The notes below the pieces were generated by a model that did not search any database, was not told where the DNA came from, and worked only from the letters and a program-made list of their open reading frames with translations. From positions 1 through 43,732 of the forward strand of contig CAZCWL010000002.1 of the NCBI GenBank assembly GCA_964502435.1: a stretch of DNA of 43,732 bases, given 5' to 3'. A program made the translations under genes and the position numbers. This document shows positions 26,555 through 35,286 of the stretch, one piece after another (position 1 is the stretch's first letter; the number at the start of each line of letters is the position of its first letter). Source of the DNA: Candidatus Woesearchaeota archaeon. GTDB taxonomy: Archaea; Nanobdellota; Nanobdellia; CAZCWL01.

Positions 26555-26569
26555 TATATAAAGTTTTTT
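26555..26569 (-). promoter_or_regulatory. BRE/TATA promoter of pilin paralog 2
   Basis: The minus strand reads AAAAAACTTTATATA, then 34 nt including AGGTGA before the ATG at 26520. Confidence 0.5.
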
Positions 26570-26960
26570 AGAGGTTTAGAAACGACTCTTTGTTTTGGTG
26601 AAGAGCATTCCTCACTAGGTTTGTAGTGTCTGATGGTGGAACATAGTTATACTTGCTTGCTCTGATCTCATTAACTATAGCATTTACACCATCTTTTATC
26701 GCTTTGACCACGTCTTCATTAGGATTATCCACTTCACTAGCTAACTCAAGCAATTTTATCATCCGATCAGCTCTCTCTGTAAAATTCTCTAACTTCACAG
26801 ACAGCTCTGTTAATTTTGAGACAAGATTAATTTGCATTGCAGAAAGCTTTGCCATCTGTTCTGACAGCTCATCTGTTTTCTTCTTTATTTTTCCTATCTC
26901 CTCATCAATTTCACTTATCTCTCTCTTAACACTTAGCTTCTCTACATCTCTCTTTACCAT
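26568..26960 (-). CDS. hypothetical coiled-coil protein
   Basis: 130 aa. Heptad-like charged and hydrophobic pattern over residues ~1-75. It lies 22 nt downstream of flpA on the same strand. I recognise no family. Confidence 0.45.
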   Translation of the reverse strand: MVKRDVEKLSVKREISEIDEEIGKIKKKTDELSEQMAKLSAMQINLVSKLTELSVKLENFTERADRMIKLLELASEVDNPNEDVVKAIKDGVNAIVNEIRASKYNYVPPSDTTNLVRNALHQNKESFLNL

Positions 26961-26982
26961 AACAAATATTAGACGTGGCTGT

Positions 26983-27591
26983 TTATATGTTTTTCACTAA
27001 GAAGGCCATGTGGTCCTTTTCGTAAGGTTCTAGTCTTTTCTGGTCTTCAATCTTGAAAATCAACTCTTTCGCCACATGCTTAAACACATCCCTTGGATCA
27101 GCTTTTACGTCTATGCTCCTTGCCTTAACCATTAGTAACCCTTCAGGAGCATTGAAATACTTCATATTTCTAACAAATATCTCTACCTGGTTTGGCTGTG
27201 CTATGTCTTGGTAAACAAAGTCTGGTTTGTCTATGTCCTTGTACAGTTCTGGCTTAGAAGCGTCTGCCAGGATTGGCATCAAATTTTTCCTTGTCTTGGC
27301 TAAAAGTATTAAGTCTCTCATTGGTCTGTAAGCAAATTCTACTGCATAGACCTTCTTAACAATGTCTGATACGTGCGATACTGTTGTACCTGAGGCAGCT
27401 CCAAGGTACAAAACTGTCATATTCTTGTTAAGATTAACTTTCATACCTTTTAGTATGGCAGCAGCAAGTTTACTTCGATAAGGGTTCCATTCTCTATACT
27501 CTACTCCATTTATTCTAACGAGTTTCTCACCGTAAACTCTTTGTCCTGGAACAAGGTTCGGAGTGTAAAGTCTATTTCCTTTTCTTATCAT
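26983..27591 (-). CDS. flpA: fibrillarin-like rRNA/tRNA 2'-O-methyltransferase
   Basis: 202 aa. YREWNPYRSKLAAAIL, SAM motif VLYLGAASGTTVSHVSDI, DIAQPNQ. Overlaps nop5 by 20 nt. Confidence 0.93.
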   Translation of the reverse strand: MIRKGNRLYTPNLVPGQRVYGEKLVRINGVEYREWNPYRSKLAAAILKGMKVNLNKNMTVLYLGAASGTTVSHVSDIVKKVYAVEFAYRPMRDLILLAKTRKNLMPILADASKPELYKDIDKPDFVYQDIAQPNQVEIFVRNMKYFNAPEGLLMVKARSIDVKADPRDVFKHVAKELIFKIEDQKRLEPYEKDHMAFLVKNI

Positions 27592-28243
27592 GCTCTACTC
27601 GCTCCTCTATCCTTTTCAAGAATTTCTCAGCTACCAGTTCTCCTTTGTATGCATCTACTCTTGCGCATACAGCTATTGCAGAGGCAAGACTCCTTGCAAT
27701 CCTGCCTTTGTTTTTAGCCTTTGCCACAAGCCTGTGTTGGTAAAGCACTCCATACTTCGGTGGCTTTGCTCCTGTTTTCAGGTGTCTAAATAATGATTTC
27801 TCTGCTCCAAGAACCTGTATGGTTGACGAAGGAAGCTTAGCTAGTTTGTCAATTCCTCCTGCAAGTGCTATCAGCCTAGCACCTACTAAAGGACCTGCTA
27901 TGGTCTTCAGGTTAGGGAAGCAATCCATCTTCTTCTTTATGTAGTTTTCAATGTTTTTCTTTAATGACTCTAGTTGCTTGACGTGTTCATGTAATTCTTT
28001 TATTGGTTTTAAATCTGTTTCATCGAGGTCAAAACCTATGCTTGTGTCTGGACGATCAAACGTTGGTTTTCTTGCTTCAGGATGGTACAATCCATACCAT
28101 TCCATTAGCTTCTCGTTTAGTAAGTTTATGCTCTTTTCGATGCTGTCTAAAGTGCTAACTGCACTTATCACTAGTTTGTCATCAACCCTTTGTTTTTTTA
28201 TCGATTCAATTACTTTTTTCATGTACATACCATGCTCATCCAT
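27572..28243 (-). CDS. nop5: Nop5 (Nop56/58) C/D-box RNP core protein, short form with coiled-coil and Nop domain only
   Basis: 223 aa. ...LNEKLMEWYGLYHPE..., PNLKTIAGPLVGARLIALAGGIDKLAKLPSSTIQVLGAEKSLFRHLKTG...PKYGVLYQH is the Nop domain. No sequence corresponds to the N-terminal fibrillarin-binding domain. Confidence 0.85.
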   Translation of the reverse strand: MDEHGMYMKKVIESIKKQRVDDKLVISAVSTLDSIEKSINLLNEKLMEWYGLYHPEARKPTFDRPDTSIGFDLDETDLKPIKELHEHVKQLESLKKNIENYIKKKMDCFPNLKTIAGPLVGARLIALAGGIDKLAKLPSSTIQVLGAEKSLFRHLKTGAKPPKYGVLYQHRLVAKAKNKGRIARSLASAIAVCARVDAYKGELVAEKFLKRIEERVEHDKKRK

Positions 28244-28294
28244 GTCTATTTAGAAATGGTAAGCTTTAAAAAAGTTTTATGTATATAATTTGGC

Positions 28295-28558
28295 ATGAAT
28301 GTTAAGATAGTTGAGAAGACAAAGGACATGGTCAAGCTCGATATTAGTGGGGAAGTTCACATACTTGGTAATCTGCTTAGGGAGGAGTTATTTAATGACA
28401 AGAACGTGACATTTGCTGGGTATTCAAAAGAACACCCAGAACTTGACAATGCTCTGTTCGTTGTGAAGGTTAAATCTGGTGATCCTTTAACTGCTGTTAA
28501 AGACGCTGTGAAGCGAATCAATTCCAATTTTAAGGAATTAAGGAAGCTTTTGAAATGA
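28295..28558 (+). CDS. rpoL: DNA-directed RNA polymerase subunit L (Rpo11)
   Basis: 87 aa. LDISGEVHILGNLLREEL...VTFAGYSKEHPELD matches the GEDHTLGN-type RpoL/Rpb11 motif. Confidence 0.85.
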   Translation: MNVKIVEKTKDMVKLDISGEVHILGNLLREELFNDKNVTFAGYSKEHPELDNALFVVKVKSGDPLTAVKDAVKRINSNFKELRKLLK

Positions 28559-29082
28559 AAGAACTACTAAAAAAATTTTGGAAGTTATTTTGGAAGGACG
28601 AGAGTTTGTTAGGATACATTGTTTTTCTTGCTGTGACTTATCTTGTTCTTAAATTCGTCATTATGCCATTATTCATGTATGTTTTTGGTATAGCAGATAT
28701 AACAGGGATTGTTACAGAGAGTATGGTTCACTACGATGAGACTAACTATCGTGGTTGGCTTATTGAGTATAATCTCTCAGACGAAAATTGGCCATTTAAA
28801 AACGGAATCTACCCTGGTGATGCTGTTGTGGTAAAGAAATGTAGTTTTGATGACATACATGTAGGTGATGTTATATCCTACAATGCTCCTATTGGTATAA
28901 AGATAGTTCACAGGGTTGTTTATAAGGGAGATAGTTATGTTGTGACAAAAGGGGATGCTAACCCCGAGCCTTTGTACTTTGAGTACAATGTAACTTCAGA
29001 TATGATAAACGGTAAGGCTGTTTATAGAATTCCTTACATAGCGTATCCACGGATTATGATAACAAGACTGTTTGGGGTGTGA
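28555..29082 (+). CDS. signal peptidase I, archaeal/ER (Sec11) type
   Basis: 175 aa. N-terminal TM helix, then TESM (Ser box), PGDAVVV, IVHRVV (His box) and TKGDANPEP (GDxN box). Confidence 0.7.
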   Translation: MKELLKKFWKLFWKDESLLGYIVFLAVTYLVLKFVIMPLFMYVFGIADITGIVTESMVHYDETNYRGWLIEYNLSDENWPFKNGIYPGDAVVVKKCSFDDIHVGDVISYNAPIGIKIVHRVVYKGDSYVVTKGDANPEPLYFEYNVTSDMINGKAVYRIPYIAYPRIMITRLFGV

Positions 29083-29378
29083 TGGAGATGTTTTGCGATG
29101 AGTGTGGAGGGTTGTTGGTTAATGAGGACGGAGTACTTAAGTGTAGCTCGTGTGGTAAAGTGTTTTCAAAGGATGTTAAGCTGTCTGCTGAGGTGAAGAC
29201 AAAGAGCAAGATCTTAAAGGATGCAGAGTCTCCAATGGAAATAGTTGATGCAAAGTGTAAAAAATGTGGTAATGACAAGGCTTATGTGTGGGTTGTGCAG
29301 ACTAGGTCTGCAGACGAAGCTCCTACTCGCTTCTATAGATGTACAAAGTGTGGGCATACGTGGAGAGATTATAGTTAG
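29082..29378 (+). CDS. tfs: transcription factor S (TFS) / RpoM-like
   Basis: N-terminal zinc ribbon CDECG...CSSCG. C-terminal ribbon CKKCG...QTRSADEAPTRFYRCTKCGHTW with the acidic hairpin. The track start at 29079 is GTG, and an ATG at 29082 overlaps the upstream TGA. Confidence 0.88.
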   Translation: MEMFCDECGGLLVNEDGVLKCSSCGKVFSKDVKLSAEVKTKSKILKDAESPMEIVDAKCKKCGNDKAYVWVVQTRSADEAPTRFYRCTKCGHTWRDYS

Positions 29379-29409
29379 GTATTTAAATTAAAGGCTTGTT
29401 GATTTGGCT

Positions 29410-29748
29410 ATGGAAGAGGTAGAGTTCAAAAGAAGAGTTCCTTCAAAATTGAAGTTTATAAAGGAGATCTCAAAAGACGATGTTAGAGTAAGGTTTTTTG
29501 GCGTGGTTACTAGTATGGATGACACAGGGGTTATGACAGTTGATGATGGCAGCCAGATAACTGTTATTGCTATGGACGCTGAGAATATAAAAGTAGGAGA
29601 CACTGTTATGGTTGTTGGCATTGTTATGCCTTATGAAGAGGGTGTTGAGATTAGAGGGGAAATAGTTAAAAAGGTCAAACTTAATATGCAACTGTATAAA
29701 AAGTTCATGGAAATATGGGGTGAGGCTGATGTTAAAGATAGTAACTAA
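29410..29748 (+). CDS. small OB-fold protein (RPA14/Ten1-like?)
   Basis: About 112 aa from the ATG at 29410. VRVRFFGVVTSMDDTGVMTVDDGSQITVIAMDAENIKVGDTVMVVGIV is an OB-fold pattern. Lies upstream of and overlapping pcna. Confidence 0.5.
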   Translation: MEEVEFKRRVPSKLKFIKEISKDDVRVRFFGVVTSMDDTGVMTVDDGSQITVIAMDAENIKVGDTVMVVGIVMPYEEGVEIRGEIVKKVKLNMQLYKKFMEIWGEADVKDSN

Positions 29749-30448
29749 GGACATATCTGATTTTAGGGACACGTTAGATGCTATATCTTCTCTGATAACA
29801 GAAGCAATATTCAAGATCAATTCCAATGGTATTGGTCTTGTTGCAATTGATCCTGCTTCTGTTGGTATGGTTGTGTACAACATGTTTGCTTCAGCTTTTG
29901 ACACATTCAAGGTTGAGAAAGAGATGTCTCTTGGATTGAATGTTGGTCAGTTGGTATCTGTGTTAAAGAGAGCAAGTGCTGGGGATGAGGTTGAGTTCAC
30001 TTCTGATGGTGAGAAATTTACTGTTGTGATCAAAGGGAAGTCAAAGAAGAAATTTGTTATGCCTATAATTGATATGAGAGAAAATGAACAAAAGGTTCCA
30101 AATCTTGAGTTTTTTGTCACTGTTGATACTAATGTTTCCTACCTTAAAGACGCGATAAAAGACGTTAACATGGTTTCTGACTGTGCTATGTTTGTTTCTA
30201 AGGGTGGGAAATTTATTATTAAAGCTGAAGGTGATGGTTCTGAGGTTGAGATAGAGATCCCAGAAGCAAAGGTTAATGGTGAAGGCACTGCTAAGTATGC
30301 TACAGATTACTTAGAGAAGATGATACTGAAAGGCGGGAATGATGTAAGAATCAGATACTCTGATGACTATCCTGTTGAGTTTGAGTACGTGGTGAAGGAC
30401 AAGTACAAGCTTCAGTTTATACTTGCACCACGAGTAGATACAGCTTAA
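29729..30448 (+). CDS. pcn: DNA polymerase sliding clamp PCNA
   Basis: About 239 aa from the ATG at 29729 (MLKIVTKDISDFRDTLDAISSLI...). C-terminus FILAPRVD. Two-domain clamp length. Confidence 0.9.
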   Translation: MLKIVTKDISDFRDTLDAISSLITEAIFKINSNGIGLVAIDPASVGMVVYNMFASAFDTFKVEKEMSLGLNVGQLVSVLKRASAGDEVEFTSDGEKFTVVIKGKSKKKFVMPIIDMRENEQKVPNLEFFVTVDTNVSYLKDAIKDVNMVSDCAMFVSKGGKFIIKAEGDGSEVEIEIPEAKVNGEGTAKYATDYLEKMILKGGNDVRIRYSDDYPVEFEYVVKDKYKLQFILAPRVDTA

Positions 30449-30478
30449 TTTTAAATACGATGAAGTTCTATTATTTTT

Positions 30479-31609
30479 ATGGACGTGTTTTTGTTTTTAG
30501 GCATTGTGTTTTTAGCAACCTTTGTTGTAGGCAAGGTTCTAGAGAGGTTTAGCATCCCTTGGATCTTTGCTGCTCTGATTATTGGGGTGTTTTTAGCTGA
30601 TTTTCCAGTCCAGCAAGAAACGTTCAATTTCCTTGCTAATTTAGGTATGTATCTGCTTTTATTTATAATAGGCTTTCAGATTGATCTGACCAAGCTTGCT
30701 AAGAGTAGCAAATTTATTGTGAAGAGTACATTCTTTATAATCTTGTTTGAAGCGTTTTTTGGGTCTTTGATTATCCACTTCCTGTTTGGGTATAACTGGA
30801 TCTTGTCAGTTATTGTCTCACTATCATTTGCTACTGTTGGTGAGGCAATACTCTTGCCAATACTGGATGAGTTTAATATTGTTAACACGAAGTTAGGGCA
30901 CAGTATAATAGGTGTTGGAACATTGGATGATGTAATAGAGGTCATAGCTCTTATAGCTGTTATGGTTCTAGTTGGATCGTCTACCAATCTCATTTATGTG
31001 GGTACATCACTAGCTATCTTGTTTATCATGGCATTTGGACTGACAAAGCTTAGAGAGGAGGTAAGATACTTTAAATTCTTGGATTTGGATGAGTTATTTC
31101 TGTTTTCCTTGTTTGTGATCTTCTTGTTTATAGGGTTAGGGAACATAGCTGATGCTGCACCAATCGGTGCTATACTAGCTGGAATTGCACTGAAGACGTT
31201 TATACCTGATAAGAGGCTGGAGAAAGTTGAGACGCTGTTTAAAACAGTCTGTTATGGTTTGTTTGCTCCAATATTCTTCCTTTGGGTTGGTATGAGTGTT
31301 GATGTTAAATACATCTTAGCATATCCTCTGTTAGTTTTGATTGTCTCTTTGGTTTCTATTGTTGCAAAGCTTGTTGCCAGTTGGATATCTGGACATAATG
31401 TGCTAGGATTTAAATCCTCCTTACTGTTTGGTGTTGGTCTATCTGTGAGGTTCAGTACAAGCCTTGTGATTGTAAAAATACTTTTGGATAATAATCTTAT
31501 TACAACTGGACTGTACTCTGTTATTGTAGCATCTAGTGTGATATTTACCTTCATAATACCGTTTACTTTTTCTTATCTGGTTAAGCATTGGAGAGCAGAT
31601 ATTCACTAG
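30479..31609 (+). CDS. cation:proton antiporter (CPA/Kef-type Na+/H+ exchanger family)
   Basis: 376 aa with about 11-12 hydrophobic helices. The layout is typical of Na_H_Exchanger membrane domains, and there is no soluble domain. Confidence 0.75.
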   Translation: MDVFLFLGIVFLATFVVGKVLERFSIPWIFAALIIGVFLADFPVQQETFNFLANLGMYLLLFIIGFQIDLTKLAKSSKFIVKSTFFIILFEAFFGSLIIHFLFGYNWILSVIVSLSFATVGEAILLPILDEFNIVNTKLGHSIIGVGTLDDVIEVIALIAVMVLVGSSTNLIYVGTSLAILFIMAFGLTKLREEVRYFKFLDLDELFLFSLFVIFLFIGLGNIADAAPIGAILAGIALKTFIPDKRLEKVETLFKTVCYGLFAPIFFLWVGMSVDVKYILAYPLLVLIVSLVSIVAKLVASWISGHNVLGFKSSLLFGVGLSVRFSTSLVIVKILLDNNLITTGLYSVIVASSVIFTFIIPFTFSYLVKHWRADIH

Positions 31610-31639
31610 TTTTAAATATAAGCTGTTTTTTGTTTTTTC

Positions 31640-32770
31640 ATGAAACTGCTACTGATCCACTGTGATGAAATTCGTGTTGAACCGATTAAGAAAGCTATAG
31701 ACGTAGCAGATAAACCGGTTAGTTTGGAAGCAAGCAATGCACTTGTTGTGTTCACAGCGGTTGAGAAACATGATTTTGCTGGCATGTTGCCCGAGATAGC
31801 TCATGATGTTCAGAGTGTTGCAGAAAGGGTTAAAGCCAGCCAGATTGTTGTTTACCCTTTTGTTCATTTGACAAATAATCCTGCTAGACCAGAGATCGCT
31901 AGGGCTATCTCTAGTACTTTAGCCTCTCTTTTGGGAGCAAAGCAGGCTCCTTTTGGATGGTATAAGCGATTAACCATCAGAAAGAAAGCTCATCCTTTGT
32001 CTGAGCTGAGTAGAACATACCCAAGAACCAAGAGTGTGGAATTTGATCAGTATGAGTTCGTTGTTAAATCCCTGCTTGATAAGTACATATTCAATTACAC
32101 TATTGATACATCTGTTGTTAGGAAGATGAATTTCAGTTACAAGAGGATCCCGTTTATTTCTACTGGTGGTGTTGTTGGTCTGGACGGGATTAGGATGGTT
32201 ATATCCAGAGTTAGAAGTCTTGTGGACGTTGATCTTTTTGTTGGTGAAGAGCTTTGTTCAAAATTCAGTGATGCAAAGTGTCTACCAACCAATACAATCG
32301 AGCTAAGATTTAAATCTAGGACTCTTGCAAGTTTCCATGTAGACAGTGTAAAGTACTTTGATAAGCGTGGAAAGTCTGTAAAGGATTATTTTTTTGTTCC
32401 TGTTGTTGATTATGATCTCTTGACAAAGGTTGTGAAGAGGGATTTCTGGTTAAAGCCTGTTCAGGTTTTAGTGTGTAGTGTTAGCAAGAACTATGTTGGT
32501 AAATCAGTAGAGGTAGCAGAGCAAATCTGTGCTCGGACGCTTGTAGATGATAGGAACCTAAGGTTGGAGAGAAAGGTTTATGAGGCAGAATCCAAAGGTA
32601 TTCCAATTATAATCGCTGTTGGAGACTACATTGGTGTTAGAATTGATGGTAAGGTTAGAAAATGGTCTGTAGAGCAGGTAAATAATTATGTAAAAGAAAA
32701 AATGAACAGTTATCCTTATGTACCAAGGAACTGGCCTTTACTGCTAACTAAACACCCTAGGATTTCTTGA
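31640..32770 (+). CDS. free-standing ThrRS editing protein (ThrRS-ed-like): archaeal editing domain, degenerate core and anticodon-binding domain
   Basis: 376 aa. The N-terminus [11 protein letters not shown]...VVYPFVHLT...APFGWYKRL...AHPLSELSR matches the archaeal tRNA-Thr editing domain. The C-terminus [15 protein letters not shown]...[28 protein letters not shown] matches an HGTP-type anticodon-binding domain. The ~135-aa middle part lacks class II motifs 2 and 3. Confidence 0.72.
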   Translation: MKLLLIHCDEIRVEPIKKAIDVADKPVSLEASNALVVFTAVEKHDFAGMLPEIAHDVQSVAERVKASQIVVYPFVHLTNNPARPEIARAISSTLASLLGAKQAPFGWYKRLTIRKKAHPLSELSRTYPRTKSVEFDQYEFVVKSLLDKYIFNYTIDTSVVRKMNFSYKRIPFISTGGVVGLDGIRMVISRVRSLVDVDLFVGEELCSKFSDAKCLPTNTIELRFKSRTLASFHVDSVKYFDKRGKSVKDYFFVPVVDYDLLTKVVKRDFWLKPVQVLVCSVSKNYVGKSVEVAEQICARTLVDDRNLRLERKVYEAESKGIPIIIAVGDYIGVRIDGKVRKWSVEQVNNYVKEKMNSYPYVPRNWPLLLTKHPRIS

Positions 32771-34862
32771 TCTCTTTTAATGCCTTCTCAAAGTGCTTCA
32801 TGCTTATCTCTTCAATCTTGTCCTTGTTTTTGTCTATTGCTTCTTTTATAGCAATTAATCCTGCTCTTTTACACACAGCAGCTATGTCTGCTCCACTCAT
32901 ACCTCCTGTTTTTGCAGCAAGCTTCTTCAAGTCTACATTCTTTAATGGCATGTTCTTAGTGTGTACTTTGAGTATCTCCTCTCTCTCGTCCTGTGTTGGT
33001 AGACTTATCTCTATGATCTCTTCAAATCTCCCAGGACGAAGCAAAGCTGGATCTATCAAATCTGGCCTGTTTGTAGCACCAATCACAACAACCTTACTTA
33101 GTTTTTCTATTCCATCCATTTCTGATAGTAATTGGTTAACAACGGTCTCAAGTACCTTTGTTCCTGTTTCTGTTCCTCTTCTTTGCGCTATTGAGTCAAA
33201 CTCATCGAAGAATATTATACATGGTGCTGCCATCCTTGCCCTTTTGAAGATTTTTCTTATGCCTTTCTCTGACTCTCCAACCCATTTTGATAGCAATTCT
33301 GGCCCTTTTACACTTATAAAGTTGGCTTCAGATTCAGTTGCCACAGCTTTGGCTAGTAATGTTTTTCCTGTTCCTGGAGGCCCGGTTAATAATATACCTT
33401 TTGGTGGCTCTACTCCTGCTTGCTTGAACAACTCTGGATACTTTAGCGGCCATTCCACTGCTTCCTTTAACTTCTGTTTTGCATGCTTCAATCCACCTAT
33501 GTCTTCCCAATGAACGTTTGGCACTTCTACTACTGCCTCTCTCATTGCTGATGGTTCCATCTCCCTGAAAGCCTCCATGAAGTCCTCCATTGTGATCTTT
33601 AGGTCTTTTATCTTGTCTAGTACTCCTTTTTCTTCGTTTTCTTTTGAGCTTACAAGCTCAGGTATAACTCTTCTTAGCGCTTTCATTGCTGCTTCCTTAC
33701 AAAGCATCTCTAGGTCTGCTCCAACGTACCCGTGTGTAATCTCTGCAATCTTCTTTAGGTCTACGTTGTCTAATGGCATGCCCCTTGTGTGAATTTGAAG
33801 TATTTCATACCTTCCTTGTTTATCAGGAACACCTATCTCTATCTCCCTGTCGAACCTTCCAGGCCTCCTTAATGCAGGGTCTATAGCGTCTGGCCTGTTT
33901 GTAGCACCTATTACTACTACTTTACCTCTTGATTTTAAACCATCCATTAATGTTAATAGTTGAGACACAACTCTTTTTTCTACATCGCCTTGGGATTCTT
34001 CTCTTTTTGGGGCAATAGCATCTATTTCGTCAATGAATATTATTGCTGGTGCGTTCTTCTCTGCCTCCTCGAATATCTTTCTTAAGTTTTCTTCTGATTG
34101 GCCGTAGTATTTACTCATGATCTCTGGTCCGTTTATCGAAGTGAAGTATGCGTTTATTTCATTTGCTAGAGCTTTGGCTAGTAATGTTTTTCCTGTTCCT
34201 GGAGGGCCATATAGTAGAACACCCTTTGGTGGAGATACTCCTAGCTTGTTGAATATCTCTGGGTACTTCATTGGCACCTCTACCATCTCTCTTATCTTTT
34301 TTATCTCTTCATTTAGCCCACCTATGTCTTCGTATGTCACATCAGGCACTTCTTTCTCAAGTTTGGCAGGCTTTTCCGAGAATATGACTTCAGTATCTCC
34401 TGTTACTATTACTGGGCCATCTGGGTTTGTTCTTGTTACAACCAATGGAATTTCAGCATCTAGCACGTCAAGTATAAGTATGTCACCTTTAACAAATGGT
34501 TTATCTATTGTGCGAGCATGAATATAACCAGCAACATCGCCTCGGAAACTTACCTCTTCAACAGGAGCAAATGTTATTGTTTTTGCAGGCTTAACATTTG
34601 CTCTTCTTACTTTTACCTTATCTCCTAATGTTACACCAGCATTTCTTCTTATTATTCCATCCATTCGTATGATCCGTTTTCCTTGGTCATCGAATCTTAA
34701 TCGCATTGCTCTTGCCACTGTCTTTTTCTCTCCTTCTATTTCTACGATGTCTCCTGTTTCTATGTTTAATCTATGCATTAGAAAAGAAGGTACTCTAACA
34801 ATGTTCCTGCCAACGTCACCGTACTCTCCTTCAGCTACTATCAGTTCTATGTCACTGCTCAT
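32757..34862 (-). CDS. cdc48: CDC48/VCP-type AAA+ ATPase
   Basis: 701 aa. N-terminal double-psi barrel domain, then two AAA modules each with [13 protein letters not shown], with DEID or DEFD Walker B motifs. Confidence 0.95.
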   Translation of the reverse strand: MSSDIELIVAEGEYGDVGRNIVRVPSFLMHRLNIETGDIVEIEGEKKTVARAMRLRFDDQGKRIIRMDGIIRRNAGVTLGDKVKVRRANVKPAKTITFAPVEEVSFRGDVAGYIHARTIDKPFVKGDILILDVLDAEIPLVVTRTNPDGPVIVTGDTEVIFSEKPAKLEKEVPDVTYEDIGGLNEEIKKIREMVEVPMKYPEIFNKLGVSPPKGVLLYGPPGTGKTLLAKALANEINAYFTSINGPEIMSKYYGQSEENLRKIFEEAEKNAPAIIFIDEIDAIAPKREESQGDVEKRVVSQLLTLMDGLKSRGKVVVIGATNRPDAIDPALRRPGRFDREIEIGVPDKQGRYEILQIHTRGMPLDNVDLKKIAEITHGYVGADLEMLCKEAAMKALRRVIPELVSSKENEEKGVLDKIKDLKITMEDFMEAFREMEPSAMREAVVEVPNVHWEDIGGLKHAKQKLKEAVEWPLKYPELFKQAGVEPPKGILLTGPPGTGKTLLAKAVATESEANFISVKGPELLSKWVGESEKGIRKIFKRARMAAPCIIFFDEFDSIAQRRGTETGTKVLETVVNQLLSEMDGIEKLSKVVVIGATNRPDLIDPALLRPGRFEEIIEISLPTQDEREEILKVHTKNMPLKNVDLKKLAAKTGGMSGADIAAVCKRAGLIAIKEAIDKNKDKIEEISMKHFEKALKEIKKS

Positions 34863-35238
34863 CTATCCTCACCTTCTTTTTCTTTACTGTCTTCTTTGGC
34901 ACTGTTATCTCTAGTATGCCATTCTTGTACGTTGCTTTTACGTTGTCAGCGTCTATCTCTTCTGGCAGTCTGACAACCTTGTGGTAGCTTAATGATTCTT
35001 TTGAGTATCTGTTTTTTGCGTAGTCTTTTACTTCTCTCTTTGCTGTTACTTCTATTGTGTTGTCGTAAATGTTCAGGTCAATGTCATCCTTTGTTACTCC
35101 TGGCAACTCAAATGTAACTATGTATTTATCTTCATGGTCATGTACATCTGTTCTTGGAGATATGCTTTCATCAAACGTGAAAAAGTCGTCTTTAAATATT
35201 CTATCCATCTCCCTGAAAAAGTCGAATATGTCTCTCAT
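34852..35238 (-). CDS. hsp20: small heat-shock protein Hsp20 (alpha-crystallin domain)
   Basis: 128 aa. ...[27 protein letters not shown]...[14 protein letters not shown]. Overlaps the cdc48 start by 11 nt. Confidence 0.92.
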   Translation of the reverse strand: MRDIFDFFREMDRIFKDDFFTFDESISPRTDVHDHEDKYIVTFELPGVTKDDIDLNIYDNTIEVTAKREVKDYAKNRYSKESLSYHKVVRLPEEIDADNVKATYKNGILEITVPKKTVKKKKVRIDEQ

Positions 35239-35249
35239 GTTATCACCCC

Positions 35250-35271
35250 CTAACTTGAGGTTAACTTAACC
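35250..35271. promoter_or_regulatory. candidate operator: CTAAC-N5-GTTAA overlapping the palindrome GGTTAA-c-TTAACC
   Basis: Read directly from the sequence: CTAAC (35250-54), ttgag, GTTAAC (35260-65), TTAACC (35266-71). It lies between the shared TATA box and the predicted hsp20 transcription start. Confidence 0.5.
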
Positions 35272-35276
35272 ACAAG

Positions 35277-35284
35277 TTATATAA
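35277..35284. promoter_or_regulatory. palindromic TATA box TTATATAA, potentially bidirectional (hsp20-cdc48 and the regulator)
   Basis: It is the only strong TATA-like element in the 48-nt divergent intergenic region. It lies ~26 nt from the second ATG (35308) of the regulator, and ~40 nt from the hsp20 ATG, which has GGGGGTGA as SD. Confidence 0.45.
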
Positions 35285-35286
35285 AT

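Noticed and set aside
14574-26569. Interpreting the ATPase, platform and pilin cluster as an archaellum (motility) operon.
   Set aside because: There is no FlaH/ArlH (KaiC-like), no FlaF/G and no FlaC/D/E or FlaX. The filament proteins have Pilin_N-type rather than archaellin-type N-termini, and the cluster carries giant adhesin-like proteins. It is more consistent with an adhesive type IV pilus.
29470-29910. 146-aa minus-strand ORF, together with 29054-29278 and 29388-29621, antisense to tfs, the OB-fold gene and pcna.
   Set aside because: They overlap three plus-strand genes that carry zinc-ribbon, OB-fold and PCNA signatures. The translation is N/S/I-rich and featureless.
32767-33513. 248-aa plus-strand ORF, together with 33577-33792, 34117-34521 and 34669-34914, antisense to cdc48.
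   Set aside because: cdc48 on the minus strand has two complete AAA modules. The antisense translations are S/F/L/I-rich with no recognisable motifs.
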